Positions 1-9,291 of a stretch of DNA of 32,000 nucleotides are shown here, one piece after another. The DNA is taken from positions 450,001-482,000 of the forward strand of contig OY969931.1 in the NCBI GenBank assembly GCA_963704705.1, written 5' to 3'. The DNA is from an uncultured bacterium. Lineage in GTDB: Bacteria; Patescibacteriota; Gracilibacteria; UBA1369; PNNO01. Below the pieces are notes generated by a model, which made no database searches, was not told the origin of the DNA, and saw only the letters and a program-made list of their open reading frames with translations. A program made the position numbers and the translations under genes. The first letter of the stretch is position 1. Each line of letters starts with the position of its first letter.

Positions 1-222
1 TTAACATTCACAGAAAATGAATTAAAAGATGGTGAACATAAAATTAATGCCAGAATCAGATATAGATTTCCTCCTCAGAAAGCTGTTTTAACAAAAAACA
101 ACAACACCGCTGAAATAGTTTTCGAAGAGCCCCAAAGAGCAATAACACCCGGTCAGTCAGTTGTATTTTATAGACGAAACAGAGTGCTTGGGGGTGGAAT
201 AATAGAAGAAGTTATGGTATAA
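1..222 (+). CDS. mnmA: tRNA 2-thiouridine(34) synthase MnmA, C-terminal fragment (5' end outside window)
   Basis: Frame 1 is open from the window edge to TAA at 220-222. The translation ...ARIRYRFPPQKAVL...FEEPQRAITPGQSVVFYRRNRVLGGGIIEEV matches the conserved MnmA C-terminus (PQRAITPGQ..VFY...VLGGG). Confidence 0.8.
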   Translation, partial: LTFTENELKDGEHKINARIRYRFPPQKAVLTKNNNTAEIVFEEPQRAITPGQSVVFYRRNRVLGGGIIEEVMV

Positions 223-223
223 T
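215..223 (+). promoter_or_regulatory. extended -10 promoter element TGGTATAAT upstream of the sortase gene
   Basis: It overlaps the mnmA stop codon and lies 22 nt upstream of ATG 246. Confidence 0.4.
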
Positions 224-245
224 ATAACACAATTATTACATATTT

Positions 246-1094
246 ATGCCGCCGAAAAAGACAAAAAAAATACAAGCAACTGATGATAAACATTTCACAA
301 TTCATATTGGGCATGAAGAAGCGCAGCCTGCTAAACCAATTCAAAAATTCCACAAAACTTTAAAAGATGAAAAAATGGAAATTCAGCCTGAAAGTTTTAC
401 TGATAAAATATGGGGATTCTTAAGGTTTATTTCAAGCGCTGCAATAATTTTTATTATTTTATTTTTTGTTATGAATTGGAATGCATACAGCACTTTAATC
501 ATGAATAAACTTGGCTTTTTCAAGGCTGATCAGCAGGAACAGGAATACACTTTGCCAATACGCGGAAGCAATGATTTGATGGAATTAAGCAAAGATCCCG
601 AAGTTCAAAAATCTCAGATACCGGATTTAAATTTGGAGGTTACTCCTCCTGATACGCGCATTGTTATTCCGAGAATAGGAAAGAATGTTCCGGTTGTTAC
701 AATAAGTTCCGAAGCACTTATAAATCATGATTGGGATAAACTTGAGCAGCAAATACAGGAAGCTTTGCGTGACGGAGTGGTGCATTATCCTGAAACAGCG
801 TTCCCGGGTGAAAACGGGAATATGGTTGTAACAGGTCACAGTTCGTATTTCGCTTGGGATCCAGGCCGATTTAAAGATGTTTTTGCACTTCTCCACGATG
901 TGCAGATTGGAGATAAAATTTATGTATATTACGATCAGAAAAAATATGAATATGAAGTTTACGATACAAGAGTTGTTTTACCAACACAGGTTGATGTTTT
1001 AACACAAGAGGGCGGAGACAGGCTAACATTAATAACCTGCACACCTGTCGGGACAAATTTAAAAAGGCTGGTTGTTCTTGCAAAGCCTGTATAG
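246..1094 (+). CDS. sortase family transpeptidase (membrane anchored)
   Basis: ATG at 246. N-terminal TM segment (WGFLRFISSAAIIFIILFFVMNW). Catalytic His context VVTGHSS, TLITCTP (TLxTC Cys motif) and a downstream Arg (KRLVV). Confidence 0.85.
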   Translation: MPPKKTKKIQATDDKHFTIHIGHEEAQPAKPIQKFHKTLKDEKMEIQPESFTDKIWGFLRFISSAAIIFIILFFVMNWNAYSTLIMNKLGFFKADQQEQEYTLPIRGSNDLMELSKDPEVQKSQIPDLNLEVTPPDTRIVIPRIGKNVPVVTISSEALINHDWDKLEQQIQEALRDGVVHYPETAFPGENGNMVVTGHSSYFAWDPGRFKDVFALLHDVQIGDKIYVYYDQKKYEYEVYDTRVVLPTQVDVLTQEGGDRLTLITCTPVGTNLKRLVVLAKPV

Positions 1095-1097
1095 AAT

Positions 1098-1658
1098 TTA
1101 AAGCTGACTTAATTTCTTAAGAAGATCTTCTTCTGTAGCTGATTCTTTTTGTTCGTATGCTACTTCTTTTTTAGCTAGTTCTTCACGTTGTTGTTTGTTT
1201 TCAAATTCCTGCCATTCAGATAAATGTTTGTCATTAATCTTTGCAAGTTCTGTTTCATATTCAGCGTCCAGTTTTGACAATTGCTGTTTTTCATTTAACA
1301 AAATATCTCGCAATTTTTGAATCTGGTCTTCAGTCATGATAGGTAAAATCTGAAACCAGTATTCACGCTCTTCATCATCCATTGATTCAGTATTCAGAAT
1401 CAAAGTGATAAGTTCAGGATAATTCTGTTTAACTATTTGAGGAATATGAAATTTAGTAGCCTGAGCTTTAGGTGCTGGTTCAGCAGGAGATGTATTTTTT
1501 AAGCCAAGAAGTTCTTCTTCCTCCGACAAAATATTACTGTCTTTGGCTGATTCTTTTTCCATTTGTTGAACCTGAGATAAATTAATTACCTTTGCGTTGT
1601 CGTCTCCTTGAGCGCTGCCACTTGTTCCTTGATTATTTTGTGTATTTGAATCTGCCAT
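1098..1658 (-). CDS. hypothetical acidic protein; C-terminal ~75-aa helical domain is paralogous to 18165..18728
   Basis: 186-aa ATG ORF with a low-complexity N-terminus. The C-terminal LPIMTEDQIQKLRDILLNEKQQL...HLSEWQEFE aligns without gaps to the 18165..18728 product. Confidence 0.6.
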   Translation of the reverse strand: MADSNTQNNQGTSGSAQGDDNAKVINLSQVQQMEKESAKDSNILSEEEELLGLKNTSPAEPAPKAQATKFHIPQIVKQNYPELITLILNTESMDDEEREYWFQILPIMTEDQIQKLRDILLNEKQQLSKLDAEYETELAKINDKHLSEWQEFENKQQREELAKKEVAYEQKESATEEDLLKKLSQL

Positions 1659-1711
1659 TTTTATTGTTTGATTACTTATATATTATACATACAAATTAGG
1701 GTATACGTCAA

Positions 1712-2533
1712 CTATTGCTTTTTATCTTTATCTTTATCCGCTCCAGGATATTCCGGTGCTTTACCGTTATTAGCATTACCAGGTATTTGAAATGCCACGA
1801 ATAACTGTGCACATGGATATTTTTTTGGCTCTTCACTTTCATTGTTTCTTATATAAACATTTGTTTCGTTAATTGCTACAACAAAACCAGCATTGAATTC
1901 TTTGCCTTTACCAGCGAGTTTATCCCTGAGGACAACCATATCGCCCTTATTGAATATTCGTTTCTTTTTATTAGTGAATTTTTCTGTGATTGATTTTCTT
2001 CCAGCAGCCCAACCCAGTGATTTTTTTAGCTGCATTATTAAATGTGGAATTTTAACTTCTGTGGTTGGTGGCTTTATTTCTTTTACATCAGGTTTTGGTA
2101 AACCAATTGATCTATAAAGATAATCAACCAGTTTTTCATTTTCATTCGGTTTTTCCAGTTTGGTTTTTAATGCATCTTTATTTTTAATGTCCGGCACTTT
2201 AATTCTTTTTTCAATATCACTTAAAATTTTTTGTCTTTTAACCGGATCCTGTTCATATTTCATATTATCCAATTCATCTCCTAAATTTAAAATCAATTTC
2301 CAGAGATTTGCCCATGATTCCATAACACCTTTAATACTACCAACTAAATCCATTCCATCCATCATTTCTTTTAATTGTTTTTTGGTTTCTGCACCTATTG
2401 TTTCCTCTTTTTTTTCTTTAGTTTGTTCAGCTTTTTGGGCGGGAGTTTGAGCAGGCTTTTGCTGCGGCGTAGTTGGTGCTTTTGGTTGTGTTTCGTTTGG
2501 TTTTGGACCTTGCGATCCTGAGCCTCCTGGCAT
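1712..2533 (-). CDS. hypothetical protein with Pro/Gln/Lys-rich N-terminus and a possible SH3/KOW-like C-terminal domain
   Basis: The track ORF begins at a TTG (2554) that overlaps the upstream gene. The first ATG is at 2533 (MPGGSGSQGPK), 5 nt after the upstream stop. No recognisable catalytic motif. Confidence 0.55.
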   Translation of the reverse strand: MPGGSGSQGPKPNETQPKAPTTPQQKPAQTPAQKAEQTKEKKEETIGAETKKQLKEMMDGMDLVGSIKGVMESWANLWKLILNLGDELDNMKYEQDPVKRQKILSDIEKRIKVPDIKNKDALKTKLEKPNENEKLVDYLYRSIGLPKPDVKEIKPPTTEVKIPHLIMQLKKSLGWAAGRKSITEKFTNKKKRIFNKGDMVVLRDKLAGKGKEFNAGFVVAINETNVYIRNNESEEPKKYPCAQLFVAFQIPGNANNGKAPEYPGADKDKDKKQ

Positions 2534-2538
2534 AATTA

Positions 2539-2940
2539 TTAGATTATAAAACAATCGCCAATTTCTTTTTCAATTATTTGTTTTGTATGGCGCATTCTGT
2601 AAATTAAATTTTGGATCTGAAAACTATCTCTGTCTCCGGCATCCCACAATGTTTTAATTTGTCTTATTTCTGAAAGCAGATTAACTGCATTCAAATCAAC
2701 TCTTCCTTGTGTTTGTTCGTCCAGTTTTTTGTAAACCGGTTCATTTATTAAACTTGAAGGAACATAAAGATGGATTATTTCGCTTTCAACCATCTTTATT
2801 ACTTTTTCCATAAATTCCATATCAGTATCGTCGATTCCTGTTGGATCGATTTGCGGCTTATTAATCATTTGCTGAACATATTGGTCAACTCCCTGATTCA
2901 TAAGAGTTTCATCAACAAGCTTTTTACTTTCTTCATCCAT
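2539..2940 (-). CDS. hypothetical acidic protein (133 aa)
   Basis: ATG ORF, first gene of a three-gene minus-strand run divergent from ligA. An extended -10 box lies upstream on the minus strand (2974-2982). No motif recognised. Confidence 0.55.
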   Translation of the reverse strand: MDEESKKLVDETLMNQGVDQYVQQMINKPQIDPTGIDDTDMEFMEKVIKMVESEIIHLYVPSSLINEPVYKKLDEQTQGRVDLNAVNLLSEIRQIKTLWDAGDRDSFQIQNLIYRMRHTKQIIEKEIGDCFII

Positions 2941-2941
2941 T

Positions 2942-5110
<2,169 letters not shown>

Positions 5111-5131
5111 GCTATACAGACAGTGGTTTCT

Positions 5132-5470
5132 TTATTCAATTATTCTATTTTCTGTTTTTTCCAGAAGTGCTTTTATTGCAGCTATCATTTCTTCTCTGTC
5201 AGGTGAACCTTTTTGGATTATTTCACCTTCAGGCGTGAACATAACTTCATTATGAAGCTTTGGACAACGAGATTGTGCTGGAAAATTTACTATTTTATAT
5301 ACACCCTTGCTTTCTTTTATCTCTATTACATCACCATTTACATTCCTAAATCCATTTTCAGTTTGAGTAAATGTTGTACGGGCTAATTCAACAGCTTGTT
5401 TTAACTGCTCAAAAGTTAATTCACTTGCATCAAATTCCGGATTCTCTTCTGTATATGGTATTTCTGACAT
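5132..5470 (-). CDS. hypothetical protein (112 aa), third gene of the possible ParB-like/GNAT operon
   Basis: The track start at 5494 is a TTG inside the GNAT gene. ATG at 5470 (MSEIPYTEE) lies 2 nt after the GNAT stop. No motif recognised. Confidence 0.5.
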   Translation of the reverse strand: MSEIPYTEENPEFDASELTFEQLKQAVELARTTFTQTENGFRNVNGDVIEIKESKGVYKIVNFPAQSRCPKLHNEVMFTPEGEIIQKGSPDREEMIAAIKALLEKTENRIIE

Positions 5471-5472
5471 AT

Positions 5473-5937
5473 TTAAAGGTTTAATTTTAAACAAATTGGG
5501 TTATCTGCAACAACTAGTCCTTCCGGCACAAACTCGTTTTCTTTGAAGCCGTGATTTTTATAAAACTTTATTGCTTCTGTATTTTCCGTAACAGTTCCTA
5601 CATAAATAGTATTAATTTTATGCTTTTTTGCAAATTCGAGTACGGTTTGAAAGAGTTTTTCTCCTGTTCCCTGCTTACGAAATTCTTTTTTAACCGCCAT
5701 TCTTTTTAAATGTGCCGAACCATCAGATTTTTTAATGATCCCGACACATCCAACAAACTCGTTATCTGACAGCGCCACCCAAAAATTGCTGTTTTTATCT
5801 TTTTGATAAAATCCGGGGATATCGTAAATATCAGGTCTTTCAACTCCTTTATAATCAAATTCCTTTTCCCAGATGGCAACTATTAGATTTATTACATCAT
5901 CTTTATACCTTTCTGTGTATTTAGTAATTTTAATCAT
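5473..5937 (-). CDS. GNAT family N-acetyltransferase
   Basis: 154 aa. Acetyl-CoA binding motif RKQGTGEKLF (R/Q-x-x-G-x-G/A) after strand LKRMAVKKEF. C-terminal FYKNHGF. Confidence 0.85.
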   Translation of the reverse strand: MIKITKYTERYKDDVINLIVAIWEKEFDYKGVERPDIYDIPGFYQKDKNSNFWVALSDNEFVGCVGIIKKSDGSAHLKRMAVKKEFRKQGTGEKLFQTVLEFAKKHKINTIYVGTVTENTEAIKFYKNHGFKENEFVPEGLVVADNPICLKLNL

Positions 5938-6427
5938 ACATGTAAGGAGGAATAACGCGCTGATTTATCATCTGATCGGTTTTATGTTGCACTGTCTGAA
6001 ATAACTTTGTACCTCTAAAGTGCTCTATTAAATCTTTTATGTTTTCATCGATAGTGTCAAGTAAACCGTGTTCATATCTTTTACCATTACATCTTATCTC
6101 TTTAGCGACTTGAATGTCAGCTATTGTTTCCAGAACCATTCCTCTAATTAATATTCTGTTTAGATTTGCAGATGTAGTTCTATGGCTCCCATTCAATAAA
6201 AAAAATCTTACATCCGGATTTTGACTTAAGAATTCAAGAAGAAGACTGTATTCCGGCTCATCAAAGTGCGTTAAATAACGATTTACATCAATAAGTGGCA
6301 CAGGAGGAAGCACTTTGTCACGCCCATTTTTATATAAATCAAAATATTTTTCTAAAACCTCAGGACTATAAACCGGAAAATCCCTTGTAGTAATAACTTC
6401 ATCTGGTTGTACATCTACGAATTTCAT
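5930..6427 (-). CDS. hypothetical protein, possible ParB/sulfiredoxin-fold domain
   Basis: 165-aa ATG ORF that overlaps the GNAT start by 8 nt. FFLLNGSHRTTSANL resembles the (D/N)GxHR loop of ParB/Srx-fold proteins (ParB DGHHR, DndB/DUF262 DGQHR/DGQQR). The fold assignment is tentative. Confidence 0.5.
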   Translation of the reverse strand: MKFVDVQPDEVITTRDFPVYSPEVLEKYFDLYKNGRDKVLPPVPLIDVNRYLTHFDEPEYSLLLEFLSQNPDVRFFLLNGSHRTTSANLNRILIRGMVLETIADIQVAKEIRCNGKRYEHGLLDTIDENIKDLIEHFRGTKLFQTVQHKTDQMINQRVIPPYMYD

Positions 6428-6543
6428 AAATAAAATTATTGGTGGTGGTTATTTTGCAATAATAATTTAGATATGTCAAATATTAAATTGTATTAGATTT
6501 GAAAATGTTGCGGTTTGATAAAAAGTGGTCCTGGTCCCACTTT

Positions 6544-6601
6544 TGTTAACCTTTGACTTTTTAGTTAACATATGTTAACCTATTTATATATAGTTAACAT
6601 A
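6544..6601. promoter_or_regulatory. operator-like array of two tandem 29-nt units, each TGTTAACCT-N10-TAGTTAACATA (four GTTAAC palindromes)
   Basis: GTTAAC occurs at 6545, 6564, 6574 and 6593. Units 6544-6572 and 6573-6601 share both ends. TTGACT (6553-6558) lies inside the array, which ends 6 nt before the HTH gene ATG. Confidence 0.55.
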
Positions 6602-6607
6602 ATCAAA

Positions 6608-6859
6608 ATGTCTGAATATGTATCTGCAAGCGAAGCAGCAAAATTGCTTGGAATAAGCCGAATAGCAGTCTTCAAAAAAATTCAAAACGGACAAATCAAA
6701 GCTGAAAAAGTAGGCAGAAATTACATCATCAAACTTGATGATCTTGGCCAGATTTTTAAAGAAAAAATATCTAACGAGAAAAAGCAAACAATAGATAAAG
6801 CCATCAAAAAAACCATCAAAGAATATGGTGAGGCTTTAAAAAAACTTAAAGAAACTTAA
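6608..6859 (+). CDS. excisionase/MerR-like helix-turn-helix DNA-binding protein, putative antitoxin/regulator of the downstream Doc gene
   Basis: MSEYVSASEAAKLLGISRIAVFKKIQNGQIKAEKVGRNYII is typical of the excisionase-family HTH. A Lys-rich helical tail follows. The ATG at 6572 in the track lies inside the operator repeats, so I prefer 6608. Confidence 0.7.
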   Translation: MSEYVSASEAAKLLGISRIAVFKKIQNGQIKAEKVGRNYIIKLDDLGQIFKEKISNEKKQTIDKAIKKTIKEYGEALKKLKET

Positions 6860-6870
6860 AATTTCGCTTA

Positions 6871-7290
6871 ATGACAAGAATTTTAACAATAAAAGAAGTT
6901 GAATACATAGCGCATAAGCTCGCAAAAGAGTGGATGACGTGGGATGAACCAATTCCTGAATTTGAAACAAGATATCCAGGTATTCTTGAAAGCTGCCTTG
7001 CAGCGCCGTTTCAGACATTCGGCAAGCGCCATCTTTATAAAGGTTTGCTTGGCCAGGCTTCAATTTTGTTTTATCTTCTTATCAAAAATCACCCTTTTCA
7101 AAACGGCAACAAGCGAATCGCAGTAACAACACTTCTGGTTTTTTTATATGAAAATGAAAAATGGCTTAAAGTGGACAACCAGGAGCTATATAATTTCGCG
7201 GTTTGGGTGGCTCAAAGTCCGCCTGACCTTAAAAATCCCACAGTTGAAGCGATAAATCTGTTTATTAAAAAGCACTTGGTGGAGAGATAG
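6871..7290 (+). CDS. doc: Doc (death-on-curing) family toxin, Fic/Doc fold
   Basis: HPFQNGNKRIAVTTLL is the Doc variant of the Fic motif (HxFx[D/N]GNKR). The upstream LESCLAAPFQTFGKRHLY also resembles Doc. The gene starts 11 nt after the HTH gene. Confidence 0.85.
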   Translation: MTRILTIKEVEYIAHKLAKEWMTWDEPIPEFETRYPGILESCLAAPFQTFGKRHLYKGLLGQASILFYLLIKNHPFQNGNKRIAVTTLLVFLYENEKWLKVDNQELYNFAVWVAQSPPDLKNPTVEAINLFIKKHLVER

Positions 7291-8844
7291 CTAGTCCTCT
7301 ATTAACTCTCCCCCAAAAATATCCAAAGCAGCATGAGTAGTGTCTGGTTTTTGCTCTTCCTGAGGGGCAAACTCGCTATCAGGCTCTTCAGCTTCCTCTT
7401 CCGGCTCAGGTGCAGCTGCTGAAAGCTGGACTTCTGAGACCGTATAATTAACTTTTGCGGGTTCTTCAAAAACCTGTGCTATTGCTGTTTCTATTTCAAT
7501 TTTATTTTCAGCTGTATCAACTTTTTCAGCGTGGAATTTAGAACTGAATTCAATTAAAATTTCGCCATTTTCAACCTGAATAGGTTTGCCTGCTTTAAAG
7601 CTCATTCTTACAAAAGGCGTTTTGATAAGTTCAAGTACACGTGGCCAGTTTTCTTTAACATAACTTATTGTAAGCGGGATTTTTTCAGTTGGCTTTTCTG
7701 GTTCCTGTTCTGAGATATTTGGCTTTATTGCTGAATGTTCACGAACAGCAGGTTGTGGGATTACCGCTTCGCTCGCTGCTGGCGCAGCTCGCTCCATCGA
7801 GCTCCCTTCGGTCGCTCCGGAATGCATTGTAGTTTTGATTGTTGCCATCTCTAAAGGCAATTGCGGTATTGTTGTGATTTTAAGTTTATTGTAAGCATCC
7901 TGAAAGATATCGGCTGTATTAAGAGCATAATTGACTTCAGCTTTATTGCCGTTTTCAACGGATTTAAGCATTTCAAGCCGAAGATGTTCAAGGAAATCTT
8001 TAGCAAATTGAACAAGATCAGAACCTTGTGCATATAAATCCTGAATTACAGCCAATGCTGCGTTAGTATCGTTATTTTTTAAGTGTTTGTAAAAAGTTTC
8101 AAGTACGGTTATGCCACTTATTCCAAGCACATCGCGCACCCTGTCGAATTCAAGTTTGCCATCAGTTGTTAGTTGCTCGAGTAGACCGATTGCATCGCGA
8201 AGTCCGCCTTCGGCAGTATGAGCAATTGATTCAACCGCTGATTCTTCGGCTTCAATTCCTTCCATCTGGGCAATATACATTAAACGCGTAGCAATTGTTT
8301 TTTTAGTAATTCTTTTAAAATCAAATCTCTGACATCTCGAAATAATTGTTTCAGGAACCTTGTGGCTTTCGGTTGTTGCAAGCACAAAAAATACATGCGA
8401 CGGAGGTTCTTCCAATGTTTTCAATAAAGCGTTAAAAGCCTCTTTTGTTAACATGTGGACTTCGTCGATAATATAAATTTTGTTTTTTGCACGGGTTGGC
8501 GCAAAGTTGATTTTGTCTTTAAGATCGCGAATTTCATCGATACCGCGGTTTGATGCAGCATCAATTTCAATTAAATCAATTAAGTTTCCGGCTTTAATTG
8601 TCTCGCACATTTCACATTTGTCACATGGTTCGCCTTCTTCACTTAAATTAGTGCAGTTGATTGCCTTTGCAAGTAAGCGCGCTGTCGAAGTTTTTCCGGT
8701 TCCCCGGGGTCCGCAAAAAAGATAAGCGTGAGCAGGATGCCCCTCTTTAAGTGCATTGAGAAGAGTAGTTTTGATATGATCCTGACCTACAAGGTTATTG
8801 AAGTTTTGTGGCCTGTATTTGCGATAAAAAGAAACTTCGGACAT
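7291..8844 (-). CDS. dnaX: DNA polymerase III subunit gamma/tau
   Basis: YRPQNFNNLVGQ, Walker A GPRGTGKTS, zinc module CDKCEMC, Walker B IYIIDEVHML, sensor ISRCQRF. The C-terminal region is acidic and low-complexity. Confidence 0.93.
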   Translation of the reverse strand: MSEVSFYRKYRPQNFNNLVGQDHIKTTLLNALKEGHPAHAYLFCGPRGTGKTSTARLLAKAINCTNLSEEGEPCDKCEMCETIKAGNLIDLIEIDAASNRGIDEIRDLKDKINFAPTRAKNKIYIIDEVHMLTKEAFNALLKTLEEPPSHVFFVLATTESHKVPETIISRCQRFDFKRITKKTIATRLMYIAQMEGIEAEESAVESIAHTAEGGLRDAIGLLEQLTTDGKLEFDRVRDVLGISGITVLETFYKHLKNNDTNAALAVIQDLYAQGSDLVQFAKDFLEHLRLEMLKSVENGNKAEVNYALNTADIFQDAYNKLKITTIPQLPLEMATIKTTMHSGATEGSSMERAAPAASEAVIPQPAVREHSAIKPNISEQEPEKPTEKIPLTISYVKENWPRVLELIKTPFVRMSFKAGKPIQVENGEILIEFSSKFHAEKVDTAENKIEIETAIAQVFEEPAKVNYTVSEVQLSAAAPEPEEEAEEPDSEFAPQEEQKPDTTHAALDIFGGELIED

Positions 8845-8898
8845 GCCTAAAAAATTTACTTGGTTGGGACGTTAAAATAGCAAACTAAATGGTAATCT

Positions 8899-9291
8899 TC
8901 AAGACGAAAATTTAGCTTTTTCTATCAAATCATCATAAGAATCATCACCATATACCCGCACCCAATTTGAAACACCTTTTATGAATAATTTATCATTGTT
9001 TTTAAATTTTTTAAGGACAATCTCTCTGTTAATAACAATATAATCTACCTCAACATCATTAATATTGATTCTGATTTGTTCAGTTTTCGTTATTTTAGGG
9101 TCAATAATATCAAAATCAAGATCAGAGTCTTTATGTAATTTGCCTTTTATAAAAGAGCCATGCACAAAAATTTGGGTAATGTTTGGATTTTTGCACATTT
9201 GTTCAATAAAAATATTTAAAGCCTCGAGATACCTTTGGTATTTTTTATCGTATGAAAATTTTTCTAAATTTAAATCTTTTAGGGTAAACAT
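8899..9291 (-). CDS. minimal nucleotidyltransferase (Pol-beta superfamily) domain protein
   Basis: 130 aa. VHGSFIKGKLHKDSDLDFDI fits hG[GS]-x(9-13)-D-h-[DE]-h. The start overlaps the upstream glycosyltransferase by 13 nt. Confidence 0.7.
   Translation of the reverse strand: MFTLKDLNLEKFSYDKKYQRYLEALNIFIEQMCKNPNITQIFVHGSFIKGKLHKDSDLDFDIIDPKITKTEQIRININDVEVDYIVINREIVLKKFKNNDKLFIKGVSNWVRVYGDDSYDDLIEKAKFSS

Noticed and set aside
263-270. Homopolymer tracts (A8 at 263-270 in the sortase gene, T8 at 24663-24670 in the 612-aa gene) as phase-variation switches.
   Set aside because: They encode Lys-Lys runs that are common in this AT-rich genome. At 8 nt they are at the low end for slippage, and there is no evidence of alternative frames.
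246-1094. Search for a cognate sortase substrate (LPxTG-type sorting signal) among the secreted proteins in the window.
   Set aside because: I found no LPxTG-like motif followed by a hydrophobic tail in the SLH, PKD, lipoprotein, Cys-rich or 612-aa proteins. The substrates must be encoded elsewhere.
6521-6544. Hairpin AAAAGTGG-N8-CCACTTTT with flanking A/T runs, resembling a bidirectional terminator.
   Set aside because: The stem is only 8 bp, half of it A-T. Both flanking genes are transcribed away from it, so there is nothing to terminate. It might be an operator for the leftward operon, but the evidence is too thin.
8298-8304. A7 run (T7 on plus) inside dnaX as a possible programmed -1 frameshift site for a gamma subunit.
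   Set aside because: The run is in frame as ACT AAA AAA ACA, which is not the A AAA AAG slippery pattern. It lies at about residue 185, inside the AAA+ module rather than at the domain III/IV boundary. No downstream stem-loop is evident.
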